Source: Pyrinomonadaceae bacterium
GTDB lineage: Bacteria > Acidobacteriota > Blastocatellia > Pyrinomonadales > Pyrinomonadaceae
Reading direction: 5' to 3'
NCBI GenBank assembly: GCA_046160805.1
Contig: JBJXHF010000057.1
Coordinates: forward strand, 43,432 to 107,431
Length of the DNA stretch: 64,000 nt
Under the pieces are notes generated by a model. The model ran no database searches, had not been told where the DNA came from, and saw only the letters and a program-made list of their open reading frames with translations. Both the position numbers and the translations under genes were made by a program. Shown piece by piece: positions 1 through 9,741 of the stretch. Each line of letters starts with the position of its first letter. Position 1 is the stretch's first letter.

Positions 1-1105
1 GCAGGCGATTTACTTTTGCCGGCGAAACGTTGCGGCGGGCTTGTTCTTCGAGGTCGGTAACCTTCGTGCCGTGGATAAATTCCATCGTCAGCACTTTTTT
101 GGTGGTCGCGTTCCAATAGATCGTCGGAACATGAACATTAGACCAATTCTTGAAATTGTCGCGAAACCGCTCGGCATTTTTGCCCTCGGCGACGTAATCC
201 ATTTCTTCGTGGATCGTCGTATCAAACTCGCGCAGCATTCCCGGCCAGTCGGCGTTTTCATTTAGCTTTGGAAAACGTTCAGCAAAGTTTGCGACTTGTT
301 TGAGAATAACGATGTCACCTTTGATCGTGGCTTCGAGATTTGGCCGCTGAACCTTTACGGCGACTTCCTCGCCAGTGTAAAGCCTTGCGCGGTAAACCTG
401 GCCGAGCGACGCAGCCGCGACCGGCTCAAGCTCGAATTCGGCATAAACTTCGTTGATCTTGCGTCCAAGCTCGTGCTCGATGATCGAAAAAGCAACGTCA
501 TTCGCAAATGCCGGCACCTGATCGACCAGCGTGCCCAGCTCTTTGACAAACGGCAGCGGCAAAAGGTCGGCCCGCGTACCCATCGACTGCCCCATCTTGA
601 TAAATGTCGGCCCCAGCTCGATCAGTTTATCCTTTAGCCATACGGCCTGCTTTTGCTGATTGGCCTCTCGTGACTTAGAGCTTCCGAGAAATACACGCTG
701 TAGGGCGAGTACTGCAATGTGAAACAACCACAGACGCGCTCCGTAAAGCTTTTCACCATAAACCGCCGCACGAGTTAGTCCAAGTGCTACCTTCATTCGT
801 CCGGCAGCCCGCTTTAGGCTATGTTTATGATGTATATCGTACTGATCGAGATAAAGATAAAGCGAAAGCATCGCTATGACACGCGAGATACTAAAAATTC
901 GCCAATACCCGCGCAAACCGCGATATTTGCCCTCAACAGCGGTTTCAACCTTTTGCAGCGAGCGCTCCTCTTCGAGTATTTGCTCGCTCGTGATCTGCTT
1001 TGCGATTGCAAGCTCGTTCGTCGGAACAAGCACGTGCGAGCCGTTGTTGTTTAGCCCGATATTTCCTGGCTCTTTGATAATTTTTTCGTCAGTCGTCTCG
1101 GTCAT
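1..1105 (-). CDS. ABC1/UbiB-family atypical protein kinase, 3' end cut by window edge
   Basis: Not in the supplied ORF track because it is open at the window edge. Manual minus-strand translation from the ATG at 1105-1103 gives MTETTDEKIIKEP...WLKDKLIELGPTFIKMGQSMGTRADLLP...AAASLGQVYRARLYTGEEVAVKVQRP...EEMDYVAEGKNAERF, the conserved ABC1/AarF kinase-like core. There is no stop down to position 1. Confidence 0.85.
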   Translation of the reverse strand, partial: MTETTDEKIIKEPGNIGLNNNGSHVLVPTNELAIAKQITSEQILEEERSLQKVETAVEGKYRGLRGYWRIFSISRVIAMLSLYLYLDQYDIHHKHSLKRAAGRMKVALGLTRAAVYGEKLYGARLWLFHIAVLALQRVFLGSSKSREANQQKQAVWLKDKLIELGPTFIKMGQSMGTRADLLPLPFVKELGTLVDQVPAFANDVAFSIIEHELGRKINEVYAEFELEPVAAASLGQVYRARLYTGEEVAVKVQRPNLEATIKGDIVILKQVANFAERFPKLNENADWPGMLREFDTTIHEEMDYVAEGKNAERFRDNFKNWSNVHVPTIYWNATTKKVLTMEFIHGTKVTDLEEQARRNVSPAKVNRL

Positions 1106-1108
1106 TAC

Positions 1109-2062
1109 TTAGAGAATTGCCAGCATATTCTTTACGCCCTGATGATGGAAATAGTTCCTTGCGCGCGACGTGTCTTTTTCGATCTGAACCTTTAATTCTT
1201 CAATACCATTAAATTTTTGCTCCTCACGTATTCGATGCAGAAACCGCACGCGCAGCACGTCGCCATATAGATCGCCTTCAAAATCAAAGACATAAGTTTC
1301 GATCGAAGGCTCTTGCGTTTGCTCGAATGTCGGCCTGACGCCAATGTTCGTTATGCTCTTTCGCCAAATACCGTCGATGAGCGTGGCGGTCGCATAAACG
1401 CCGTAGCGCGGAATCACGCGATTGTGCGGCTTTAGATTCGCGGTCGGAAATCCGATGGTGTGGCCGCGACGATTGCCGCGAATGATCACGCCTTCCACGC
1501 CGTAAGGCCTTCCGAGCATTCGACGCGCGAGATTGATGCGGCCTTCCGCAAGCAGGTTGCGTATCGCCGACGAGCTGATCCGCTGCCCGCGCATTTGCAC
1601 TTCTTCAACCTCGTCGGCAATAAAACCGAGTTCTTCGCTCATTTTTCTAAGAAGGTTGATATTGCCGCCGCGATCTTTGCCAAACGCAAAGCCTTTGCCA
1701 AGATAAACCTCTTTTGCATGTAGACGGTCGTGAATAATGTCAGTCAAAAAATTTTCCGCAGGCTGGTTTGCAAATTCGCGGTCGAATTTTACAACTATCA
1801 CCTGCTCAATGCCGAGAACCTCTAAACTGGCAAGCCGCTGGTCGAGCGTCTGCAGCAGCGGCGGGGCCGATTCCGGATGAAGAACCGCCCGCGGATGCGG
1901 ATCAAAAGTGATCGCCGTCGCGTGCGCACCGACAGCCTTAGCACGCTCCACAACCGTCTGCATTATCCGCTGATGCCCAAGATGCAACCCGTCAAAAACC
2001 CCAAGCGTAAGCACCGTCGTCTTCAGAATATTTGCATTCTCGGTTCCGTGAAATATCTTCAT
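1109..2062 (-). CDS. ribF: bifunctional riboflavin kinase / FMN adenylyltransferase
   Basis: 317 aa. N-terminal nucleotidyltransferase motif GVFDGLHLGHQ. C-terminal riboflavin kinase region GFPTANL...GVY...PTF...ETYVFDF. Confidence 0.93.
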   Translation of the reverse strand: MKIFHGTENANILKTTVLTLGVFDGLHLGHQRIMQTVVERAKAVGAHATAITFDPHPRAVLHPESAPPLLQTLDQRLASLEVLGIEQVIVVKFDREFANQPAENFLTDIIHDRLHAKEVYLGKGFAFGKDRGGNINLLRKMSEELGFIADEVEEVQMRGQRISSSAIRNLLAEGRINLARRMLGRPYGVEGVIIRGNRRGHTIGFPTANLKPHNRVIPRYGVYATATLIDGIWRKSITNIGVRPTFEQTQEPSIETYVFDFEGDLYGDVLRVRFLHRIREEQKFNGIEELKVQIEKDTSRARNYFHHQGVKNMLAIL

Positions 2063-2104
2063 TACTTGCAGTTTCTATTCTAGCCGATTCCACAAGGTAG
2101 GTCG

Positions 2105-4090
2105 TTATTTCAACAAGGCGAGGAGCTTTTTCATTTCCCAAGACGTAAGTATACGGTAAGCGGGGTGCTTTGCTTTTTCGTAAGTTTTGCTGTGATGGAT
2201 GGCGGGAAAATCTTGTGACCCCATTTCGCCGGCGAGTTCGCTCCACGCCGCGTAGTCTAGGTTTCCAATAGATCTTTTCTTTAGTCGCTTACCCAATTCC
2301 GACCAGGCATCGACAAAACTTGTCTGCTTGGCCTTAAGTGCGCGACTGCTCGCCAGAAATGCCTCGAGGAGGTCCTCCTTCTTGCCGCCCTTTGCTTTGA
2401 ACGGCCGCAGATTCAATCGGCCGATCTCGCCACCGGAACACAGTGGTTCCCAGATTGGCTCGTTCTTCCCCGGTTTATCCAAAGTCTTCCACTCATCGTC
2501 AAGCCATTTGCGAGCCGACTCTTCATCGGAAACAGCATGTTCAGCTCCACGTGTCGCCTGATAGAGCCATTTGTACGCATCCTCGATACGAACATTCTTG
2601 TCCGCTGACCATTTGGGAATAGAATAACTTAGTAAAGCGGAGGGCAAACGATCTAGCTCAACGGTAGAGAAAGGTAAATTGTCTTTCTCCCATTCTCGCC
2701 AAGCATCCTTATTTCCGTGTACCCATTCCCAATAGTAATTGAGAATAACCCCAGACATATATTCTGCATGCGAAACCCCTCGATCCGAAAAATACTTTTG
2801 CAGACGTGAGCTGCCCCATAATCCCCAATTATTCCTTATTCCCATTCCCAAACTGTGATGATATCCACCCATGTCCGGTGAGTTAAGTATTTCATACTTA
2901 ACAACTTCATCCAGCATTTTGTCCAGTTCAGGGAAACACTCTCCAAGGTTTGCAGGTATGTACCGGCCTTCAATAGTTTCGGCAACAAGGTTATTCTTGG
3001 ATCTTTCTTGTGCCTTACGTGTATCTGATCGGCCTTCTTTTAGCGCGAGTGCATCATTCGCCTTTCGAAAAAAGAAATATTCGTCGTCCAGATACCATTT
3101 GGCAAACACCGAAGGAATATCGCTGGTTACGAAGCGGTTTGAGGAAAAAAAAGCGACTATCTTTTCTTTTGGCAGGTCGCTCGGTATGTCTATCTTCTCA
3201 ATTTCGATGGATCCGTCTTGTCGTAGATAGCCACTTAATGTAAACACATAAGTTCTGTAAAGATAGTCTTTTTTCGAACTGCCTTCCCAAACCTTCATGC
3301 CGAGTGTTTTAGCCAACGCTTGATAAGTATCTTCTCCGGATCGAAGTTGCGGAAAATCCAAGTAAATTGGGGCATCAAAAGGCGTCAATTCAACTCTATT
3401 AGATCGAGCTTTCGGTTTTATATCCTCGTAGATTTCTGCAAAGGGCTTGAAGTCGAGATACCTAGTTTGAGCCAGACTAAACCGATGAACATTCTTCTTT
3501 GAATCGATGATGTAAACGTAATCATCGAAACTAAGAATGGCAAATTCATGCAGGAATTTTTCCTGTTCACCAATACCTTTTTTATAGACTTTCTTATAAG
3601 AGGTCGTTCCCAAATTACTCGCTTCTTGGTCAACAACTTCATCGTAGTTTGAATACCTAATGTCGCACCGCTCCTTTTTTAGATTACAGCCAGTTATTTC
3701 GGAGACAGTATAACTTTGCACCAAGTGTCCGTTCTTGTATATAGAAATACTCTTCAAGCCATCACGTTTTTCATCAGCACTCCATGTAATGATGTAAAAA
3801 ATTATTTGACCGTCGTTGCTCAGGATCAAGTTGTTAGAGACTTCATGTACGGAATCGAACCCGCGATCAACAGTGTATATTGGAGTCGTGATGTCGCGTC
3901 GATACACCCGTGTTACTCCAGGCAAAGTTGGCTCTTCATGGTCATAGGGGATAGATTCTAAATAGAATTCTTCGTTTTGTGAGTAAACCTTAATTGTCTC
4001 GACTTTGGTAGACAAAGTCTGCCCTAAAAGAGGAGATAGAAATACAAAAACTGCAACTAGAATCCCGAAGACTCTCATTGAATTTACCAT
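2105..4090 (-). CDS. secreted hypothetical protein, compositionally chimeric
   Basis: 661-aa ORF with N-terminal signal-like segment MRVFGILVAVFVFLSPLLGQ. No family is confidently recognised; the central GMGIRNNWGLWGSSRLQKYF region vaguely resembles a DUF6794-type module. The 5' about 1.45 kb is strongly AT-rich compared with the 3' about 0.55 kb. Confidence 0.6.
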   Translation of the reverse strand: MVNSMRVFGILVAVFVFLSPLLGQTLSTKVETIKVYSQNEEFYLESIPYDHEEPTLPGVTRVYRRDITTPIYTVDRGFDSVHEVSNNLILSNDGQIIFYIITWSADEKRDGLKSISIYKNGHLVQSYTVSEITGCNLKKERCDIRYSNYDEVVDQEASNLGTTSYKKVYKKGIGEQEKFLHEFAILSFDDYVYIIDSKKNVHRFSLAQTRYLDFKPFAEIYEDIKPKARSNRVELTPFDAPIYLDFPQLRSGEDTYQALAKTLGMKVWEGSSKKDYLYRTYVFTLSGYLRQDGSIEIEKIDIPSDLPKEKIVAFFSSNRFVTSDIPSVFAKWYLDDEYFFFRKANDALALKEGRSDTRKAQERSKNNLVAETIEGRYIPANLGECFPELDKMLDEVVKYEILNSPDMGGYHHSLGMGIRNNWGLWGSSRLQKYFSDRGVSHAEYMSGVILNYYWEWVHGNKDAWREWEKDNLPFSTVELDRLPSALLSYSIPKWSADKNVRIEDAYKWLYQATRGAEHAVSDEESARKWLDDEWKTLDKPGKNEPIWEPLCSGGEIGRLNLRPFKAKGGKKEDLLEAFLASSRALKAKQTSFVDAWSELGKRLKKRSIGNLDYAAWSELAGEMGSQDFPAIHHSKTYEKAKHPAYRILTSWEMKKLLALLK

Positions 4091-5058
4091 CCTAAAATAT
4101 ACGCAAACATCAACGGAGCAACAATCGAAGCGTCGCTTTCAACGATGAATTTTGGCGTCGTGGCTTCGAGTTTGCCCCATGTGATCTTTTCGTTCGGTAC
4201 TGCGCCTGAATACGAACCGTAGCTCGTCGTCGAATCAGATATCTGGCAGAAGTAGCCCCAGACTGGCACACTCTCGCGCTGCAGGTCCTGATGCAGCATC
4301 GGCACAACGCAGATCGGGAAATCGCCCGCGATACCGCCGCCGATCTGGAAGAAGCCTATTGAGGCTGATTCGCTCGTCCGCGTATACCACTCGGCGAGCA
4401 TCGTCATATATTCTATGCCGGTGCGGACTGTGTGGACATTCTCGACATCGCCGGTGATGACGTGGCCCGCATACATATTGCCCATCGTCGAATCTTCCCA
4501 ACCGGGCACGACCATAGGCAAATTTTTCTCCATCGCGGCGAACATCCAACTCTCTTTGACGTCGATCTGGTAAAACTCTTCGAGCGAGCCGTTCTTTAAG
4601 ACCTGATACATGAACTCGTGAGGAAAATATTGCTTACCTTCGGCCTCGGCATGGGTCCAAACCTCGACCATAGCCTTCTCCAACCGTCGCATAGCTTCGT
4701 GCTCGGGGATGCATGTATCGGTCACGCGGTTCATGTGCCGGTCGAGCAATCCTTGCTCATCCTGCGGCGTTAGATCACGGTAATGCGGCACACGCTCATA
4801 AAAATCGTGCGCGACGAGATTAAAAAGATCTTCCTCAAGATTCGCCCCCGTGCACGAAATGATCTGCACCTTGTCCTGCCTTATCATCTCCGCCAGACTC
4901 AACCCCAACTCCGCCGTCGACATCGCACCCGCAAGTGTAATCATCATCTTCCCGTTAGCGTCGAGATGCTTTATATATCCTTCCGCCGCATCGATCAAAG
5001 CCGCCGCATTGAAATGACGATAGTGGTGTTTGATAAATTCAGTGATTTGATTGTTCAT
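4084..5058 (-). CDS. deoxyhypusine synthase-like protein (bacterial DHS family)
   Basis: 324 aa. N-terminus HYRHFNAAALIDAAEGY...ITLAGAMSTAELG...IISCTGANLEEDLFNLV is typical of the DHS/homospermidine synthase-like fold. Its stop overlaps the start of the downstream ORF by 7 nt. Confidence 0.8.
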   Translation of the reverse strand: MNNQITEFIKHHYRHFNAAALIDAAEGYIKHLDANGKMMITLAGAMSTAELGLSLAEMIRQDKVQIISCTGANLEEDLFNLVAHDFYERVPHYRDLTPQDEQGLLDRHMNRVTDTCIPEHEAMRRLEKAMVEVWTHAEAEGKQYFPHEFMYQVLKNGSLEEFYQIDVKESWMFAAMEKNLPMVVPGWEDSTMGNMYAGHVITGDVENVHTVRTGIEYMTMLAEWYTRTSESASIGFFQIGGGIAGDFPICVVPMLHQDLQRESVPVWGYFCQISDSTTSYGSYSGAVPNEKITWGKLEATTPKFIVESDASIVAPLMFAYILGW

Positions 5059-5113
5059 GTTTCAGTCAGTCTGTTTCACTGTGAGGTGAAACAAAACAAA
5101 GAATTCAAGAAGA

Positions 5114-5195
5114 TTTTGCCCGCGAATTACGCGAAAAAACGCGAATAAGAAAAGATTATCTTATTCGCGTCTATTTGCGTAATTCGCGGGCAAAA
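5114..5195. repeat. Family-1 palindromic intergenic repeat (TTTGCCCGCGAAT..ACGCGAATAA arms)
   Basis: The outer stems tttgcccgcgaattacgc / gcgtaattcgcgggcaaa are perfect inverted repeats. Related copies lie at 57405-57489, 60919-60990 and 62808-62843 with 63287-63320. It sits just downstream of the nrdB stop. Confidence 0.9.
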
Positions 5196-5199
5196 ACTC

Positions 5200-6198
5200 T
5201 TAGAATGCTTCGCTAAAACTCACCTCGCCAGCGACTGCGACCTGATACGCAGAGACGCGGCGTTCGAAGAAGTTCGCGAGTTCTTGCACGTCCTGTAGGT
5301 CCATAAAAGAGAAGGGATTTTTTGCTCCGTAAACTTTTTGCAGGCCGAGCATCACGAGGCGTTGGTCGGCGATGAATTCGAGATACTGCCGCATGTCGGC
5401 TACCGAGAGTCCCGAGATGCCGCCGCTCAGGATGTCCTCGGCAAACTGCATTTCGCACGTCACGGCTTCGTCGAGCATCTCGACGATCTGGCGGTGCAGG
5501 TGTTCATCAAATAGGTCAGGCTCTTCGTTGCGAACCTCTCTAATGACATCAAGGGCAAACGCCATGTGAGCCGATTCGTCGCGGAAAACCCAATTCGTTC
5601 CCGCCGCGAGTCCGTGAAGCAAACCCTTTGACCGCAAGAAATAGACATATGCGAACGCGGCAAAGAAAAATAGGCCTTCGATACAGGCAGCAAAGCAAAT
5701 AAGATTAAGCAAAAACTGCCGCCTGTCGTCCTTTGTCTGCAAACCGTCCAAATTTTGAATCGAGTCGATCCATTTAAAACAAAACTCAGCCTTTTTGTGA
5801 ATCGACGGAATATTTTCGACCGCAGCAAACGCCGCCGCGCGGTCGTTATGGTCGGGAATATAAGTGTCGAGCAAAGTAAGATAGAACTGAACATGCACAG
5901 CTTCTTCGTAAAGCTGCCGCGAAAGATACATCCGCGCCTCGGGCGAGTTTATGTGCTTGTAAAGATTGAGAACGAGGTTATTGGAAACAATACAATCACC
6001 CGTTGCAAAAAATGCCACCAAACGATTGATCATATGCCGCTCCGAAGCCGACATCTTACTCCGCAGATCGTTCACGTCGGTCGAGAAATCCACCTCCTCA
6101 ACCGTCCACGTATTCTTGACCGCGTTTTTATACATCTCATAAAACTGCGGATACTTCATCGGCCGAAGCGTTAAATTGAAACCCTGATCTAACAGCAT
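5200..6198 (-). CDS. nrdB: ribonucleoside-diphosphate reductase beta subunit (class Ia)
   Basis: 332 aa. Di-iron/tyrosyl radical protein motifs EEAVHVQFY and FRDESAHMAF. Located immediately downstream of nrdA. Confidence 0.93.
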   Translation of the reverse strand: MLLDQGFNLTLRPMKYPQFYEMYKNAVKNTWTVEEVDFSTDVNDLRSKMSASERHMINRLVAFFATGDCIVSNNLVLNLYKHINSPEARMYLSRQLYEEAVHVQFYLTLLDTYIPDHNDRAAAFAAVENIPSIHKKAEFCFKWIDSIQNLDGLQTKDDRRQFLLNLICFAACIEGLFFFAAFAYVYFLRSKGLLHGLAAGTNWVFRDESAHMAFALDVIREVRNEEPDLFDEHLHRQIVEMLDEAVTCEMQFAEDILSGGISGLSVADMRQYLEFIADQRLVMLGLQKVYGAKNPFSFMDLQDVQELANFFERRVSAYQVAVAGEVSFSEAF

Positions 6199-6204
6199 AT
6201 TTTT

Positions 6205-8610
6205 TTACTGACACGCCTCACAAGCTTCTGGATTTTCGAGCGAGCAGATCAGCGTTTCGGCGTCGGTATAGGATGATTTTACTTCTGCCGGTATCTGTAC
6301 GTTTTCCGCTGAAACCTGTGCGATACGTGTTGCGGGTCGCGAACGAAGGTAATACGTCGTCTTCAAACCCTTTTGCCAAGCATACATGTACATCGACGAG
6401 AGCTTGCCGATATTCGGGCTTTCCATAAAGAGGTTGAGCGATTGGCTTTGGTCGATAAATGCGCCTCTGTCTGCGGCCATGTCGATCAACGAGCGCATCG
6501 GTATCTCCCACGATGTGCGGTAGATCGCTTTTAGCTCAGGACTGAATTCGTCAATGTCCTGTACCGAACCTTCGGAAAGTTTTATTTTATTGCGAATTTC
6601 ATCTGTCCAAAGGCCGATACCTTTTAACTCCTGAACAAGATATTTATTGACCTGAACAAAATCGCCTGACAAGGTTTCACGTTTGAAAAGATTAGAAACC
6701 TGCGGCTCGATGCACTCGTAGCAGCCGGCGATCGAAGCAATAGTCGCCGTCGGGGCAATGGCGATCATTAATGAATTGCGCAGGCCGGTTGCCTTTATCT
6801 TTTCGCGAAGAGCATCCCAGCGGCCCATCTCGTCGGGCGTGATGCCCCAGAAATCGAATTGCAGATCGCCATGCGCTGCCCGCGTTTCGAGAAACGCCGG
6901 ATGAACACCGCGTTCAACGGCGAGGTCGGACGATGCATTCAGCGCGGCGAAATAAATTTCTTCTTGAATACGGGCCGAGATATTTCGTGCCTCGTCCGAA
7001 TCGAACGGCAAACGCATCTGAAAGAAAACATCCTGCAAACCCATCAGACCGAGCCCAATATTGCGCCAGCGATTATTTGAACCTGCCGTGCTTGGAATTG
7101 CGTAATAATTCAAGTCGATAACTCGGTCGAGCTGACGAACGGCAAGCCGCACATTGTGATGCAGCTTTTCGTAATCAAACTCGCCGTCCTTGATATATCG
7201 AGCCGCATTGATCGAACCGAGATTGCACACGGCTGTTTCATTTTCGGACGTGACCTCGATAATCTCGGTGCAGAGATTTGAGAGATGAACGACGTTTTCC
7301 GGCCTTGCGGTCTGGTTTGATTTTCGATTGCTTGCGTCCTTAAACGTCATCCAGCCATTGCCGGTCTGAGCCATGGAGCGCATCATTTTTGCATACAGAT
7401 CACGAGCGTTGACCTGACGCATAAATAAGGCTTCCTGTTCCGCTTTCAAAAATGCTTCTTCAAATTCTTCGCCATACAGGTCGGGAAAATGCGGCACGGC
7501 CTTTGGGTCGAACAAAGACCAAACGCCGTCCGCCTGTACGCGCTTCATAAAGAGATCAGGAATCCAGTTGGCGAGATTTAGGTTGTGCGTGCGTCGCGCT
7601 TCGTCTCCTGTATTTTCGCGGAGCTCGAGAAAATCTTCGATATCGGCGTGCCACGTTTCGAGATAGACGCAGCAGGCGCCTTTTCTTTTGCCGCCCTGAT
7701 TTACGGCCGCAACGCTGGAATCGAGCGTTTTCAGCCAAGGCACAATGCCGTTCGAATGGCCGTTAGTCCCTCGTATCAACGACCCTCGTGAGCGCACCCG
7801 ATGATAGGCAATTCCGATGCCGCCTGAGAACTTTGAGAGCACGGCGACATCGGAATACTTGCGGTATATACTATCGAGGCTGTCCTGAGGGGAATCGAGC
7901 AGGAAGCACGAAGAAAGTTGCTCGTGCTGTGTACCCGAGTTGAAGAGCGTTGGAGTCGATGGAACATACTCCAACGATGAGAAAAGGTGATAGAGACTGA
8001 TCGCTTCGTAGGGATTTTCAGCTAACCCGCAGGCGACACGCATCCAGAAAAACTGCGGAGATTCGATTACATCGCGAGTGACAGGATTTTTCAAAAGATA
8101 GCGATCGTATAATGTCCGCAAGCCAAAAAATTCAAACAGATCATTGCGCGACTGGTCTATCGCATCATTGAGCTTGCGACTGTTTTCGGTTACGAAGTTG
8201 GCGACTCGATCACCGATCAAACCTTCCTTTACACCGATGGCTATCGATTGTGAGAACGAATGTATCTCCTGATTGCGAACTTCTTTTTCAACATACTGAT
8301 TCAGCAAACGAGCCGCGAGAAGCGAATATTCCGGCTCCTCAAAGATGAGGCTGGCTGCGGTTTGTATTGAGAGTTTGTCGAGTTCTTTTGTCGTCGCTCC
8401 GTCATACAAACCGCTGATCGTCTTTGTCGCGATCCGCAAACTATCGACCGACGGCAGGTGAACACAGCAACGCGTGATCGCGCGGACGATCTTATTTATA
8501 TCGACGGGTTCAAGCGATCCGTTCCGCTTGCGAACCTGCATTGAGGTCTGAGCCGAGTTGTCTAATTGCCGTGTTGCTGCTGTGCCGATATGTCCCAGAA
8601 AGGTATCCAT
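6205..8610 (-). CDS. nrdA: ribonucleoside-diphosphate reductase alpha subunit
   Basis: 801 aa. N-terminal ATP-cone (VRKRNGSLEPVDINKIVRAI), catalytic core (NLCTEI, PTATIA) and C-terminal Cys pair (CSLENPEACEACQ). The start could instead be the internal Met at 8541. Confidence 0.93.
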   Translation of the reverse strand: MDTFLGHIGTAATRQLDNSAQTSMQVRKRNGSLEPVDINKIVRAITRCCVHLPSVDSLRIATKTISGLYDGATTKELDKLSIQTAASLIFEEPEYSLLAARLLNQYVEKEVRNQEIHSFSQSIAIGVKEGLIGDRVANFVTENSRKLNDAIDQSRNDLFEFFGLRTLYDRYLLKNPVTRDVIESPQFFWMRVACGLAENPYEAISLYHLFSSLEYVPSTPTLFNSGTQHEQLSSCFLLDSPQDSLDSIYRKYSDVAVLSKFSGGIGIAYHRVRSRGSLIRGTNGHSNGIVPWLKTLDSSVAAVNQGGKRKGACCVYLETWHADIEDFLELRENTGDEARRTHNLNLANWIPDLFMKRVQADGVWSLFDPKAVPHFPDLYGEEFEEAFLKAEQEALFMRQVNARDLYAKMMRSMAQTGNGWMTFKDASNRKSNQTARPENVVHLSNLCTEIIEVTSENETAVCNLGSINAARYIKDGEFDYEKLHHNVRLAVRQLDRVIDLNYYAIPSTAGSNNRWRNIGLGLMGLQDVFFQMRLPFDSDEARNISARIQEEIYFAALNASSDLAVERGVHPAFLETRAAHGDLQFDFWGITPDEMGRWDALREKIKATGLRNSLMIAIAPTATIASIAGCYECIEPQVSNLFKRETLSGDFVQVNKYLVQELKGIGLWTDEIRNKIKLSEGSVQDIDEFSPELKAIYRTSWEIPMRSLIDMAADRGAFIDQSQSLNLFMESPNIGKLSSMYMYAWQKGLKTTYYLRSRPATRIAQVSAENVQIPAEVKSSYTDAETLICSLENPEACEACQ

Positions 8611-8757
8611 GATTTACTTGTCGGCGTGAAAATGAGAGAAAGAATTCCTCTTCCACACTCCGCAATTTTAGAGCGTGGCCATCATTCGCGCCTGTAATTT
8701 TAGGTATTTGCAGGCGGGTCTTTTGATAAAGAATCAAAGGCGATGTCCTGCAGTGGT

Positions 8758-8805
8758 ATAGAATATATTGTAGTCGAAACGCTTTGTCAACCCAAGATGT
8801 AGTAG
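8758..8805 (-). promoter_or_regulatory. candidate nrdAB promoter with two NrdR-box-like sites
   Basis: On the minus strand the promoter reads TTGACA (8790-8785), a 17-nt spacer, then TATATT (8767-8762). Two 16-mers, CTACTACATCTTGGGT (8805-8790) and CTACAATATATTCTAT (8773-8758), match the NrdR box consensus acaCwAtATaTwgtgt at about 11/16 and 12/16 positions. They are 32 bp apart and overlap the -35 and -10. Confidence 0.45.
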
Positions 8806-8972
8806 TTTTTAAACTTTCTTCTAAAGACAGTTATTTCAGCATTTAAAGCGCGTCTGGTAAGGTAATGGGTTAAAATCGTTTCCTTTTCACGTCGGCAATT
8901 ACGTAAGTTTAATTTAATCAAGAATTAATTGTTCCGTAACGCAGTTTAAAAGAGGATTTTCGCTTTTTTCTA

Positions 8973-9734
8973 TTAGTCCACCACTTGTTCGTCGTACGCA
9001 AAACGAACATTCTGGGGCAGTAATTTGGAATCTCTTTCGTAGAGAATGTCATGGTTGAGGTGAGTAAGGAAAGCACGCTTTGGCCGCAGGTTGGCGATGA
9101 TCTCGAGAGCTTCTTCAAGGCAAAGGTGCGTCGAGTGCGGTTTGATCCGAACGCAGTCGAGAACCAAAACGTCCAGATCGCGGAGGCCGTCCATAGAATC
9201 GGGTGGAATTACTTTTAGATCAGTTGCGTATGCAAAATCGTTAAAGCGGTAAGCAATTACGGGCAGCTTGCCGTGAATAACTTCAAGCGGCATTACTTCG
9301 ATGTCCTCGCCGATGCAAAATGGTGAACCGTGTTGAACTGTGTGCGGGATCAATTGCGGAAGTCCGCCGCCAAAATGTGTGGGCTCGAAAATATATTTAA
9401 AGATTCGTTTTAAATCGACCCAGGCTATGTCGTTCGCGTAAACCCCCATCGCCCCATGTCGAAAATTCAAAGGACGAATATCATCTAGACCAAAAACATG
9501 ATCGACATGGCAATGTGTAATGAGAACGGCGTCGAGATGATTAATTCTAGAGCGCAGAGCCTGTTGACGAAAATCAATCGAAGTATCGACGAGAATCTTC
9601 TTGTCGCAGTGTTCGATCAGGACTGAAACTCTCAGCCGCTTGTCTCGCGGATCGTCAGACAGGCACGTTTCACAGTCGCAACCGATCGACGGAACGCCGG
9701 TCGATGTGCCTGTGCCTAAAAAAGTGAGTTTCAT
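8973..9734 (-). CDS. MBL-fold metallo-hydrolase (PhnP-like)
   Basis: 253 aa. HCHVDH metallo-beta-lactamase motif plus an N-terminal GCDCETC cysteine cluster, as in PhnP-type phosphodiesterases. Confidence 0.8.
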   Translation of the reverse strand: MKLTFLGTGTSTGVPSIGCDCETCLSDDPRDKRLRVSVLIEHCDKKILVDTSIDFRQQALRSRINHLDAVLITHCHVDHVFGLDDIRPLNFRHGAMGVYANDIAWVDLKRIFKYIFEPTHFGGGLPQLIPHTVQHGSPFCIGEDIEVMPLEVIHGKLPVIAYRFNDFAYATDLKVIPPDSMDGLRDLDVLVLDCVRIKPHSTHLCLEEALEIIANLRPKRAFLTHLNHDILYERDSKLLPQNVRFAYDEQVVD

Positions 9735-9741
9735 AAAGCAA

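Noticed and set aside
3849-3870. tRNA T-loop-like string GGGTTCGATTCC on the minus strand
   Set aside because: It lies inside the 2105-4090 CDS, where it codes DRGFDS. The flanking bases cannot form a T-stem or acceptor stem. No other tRNA-like structure was found in the window.
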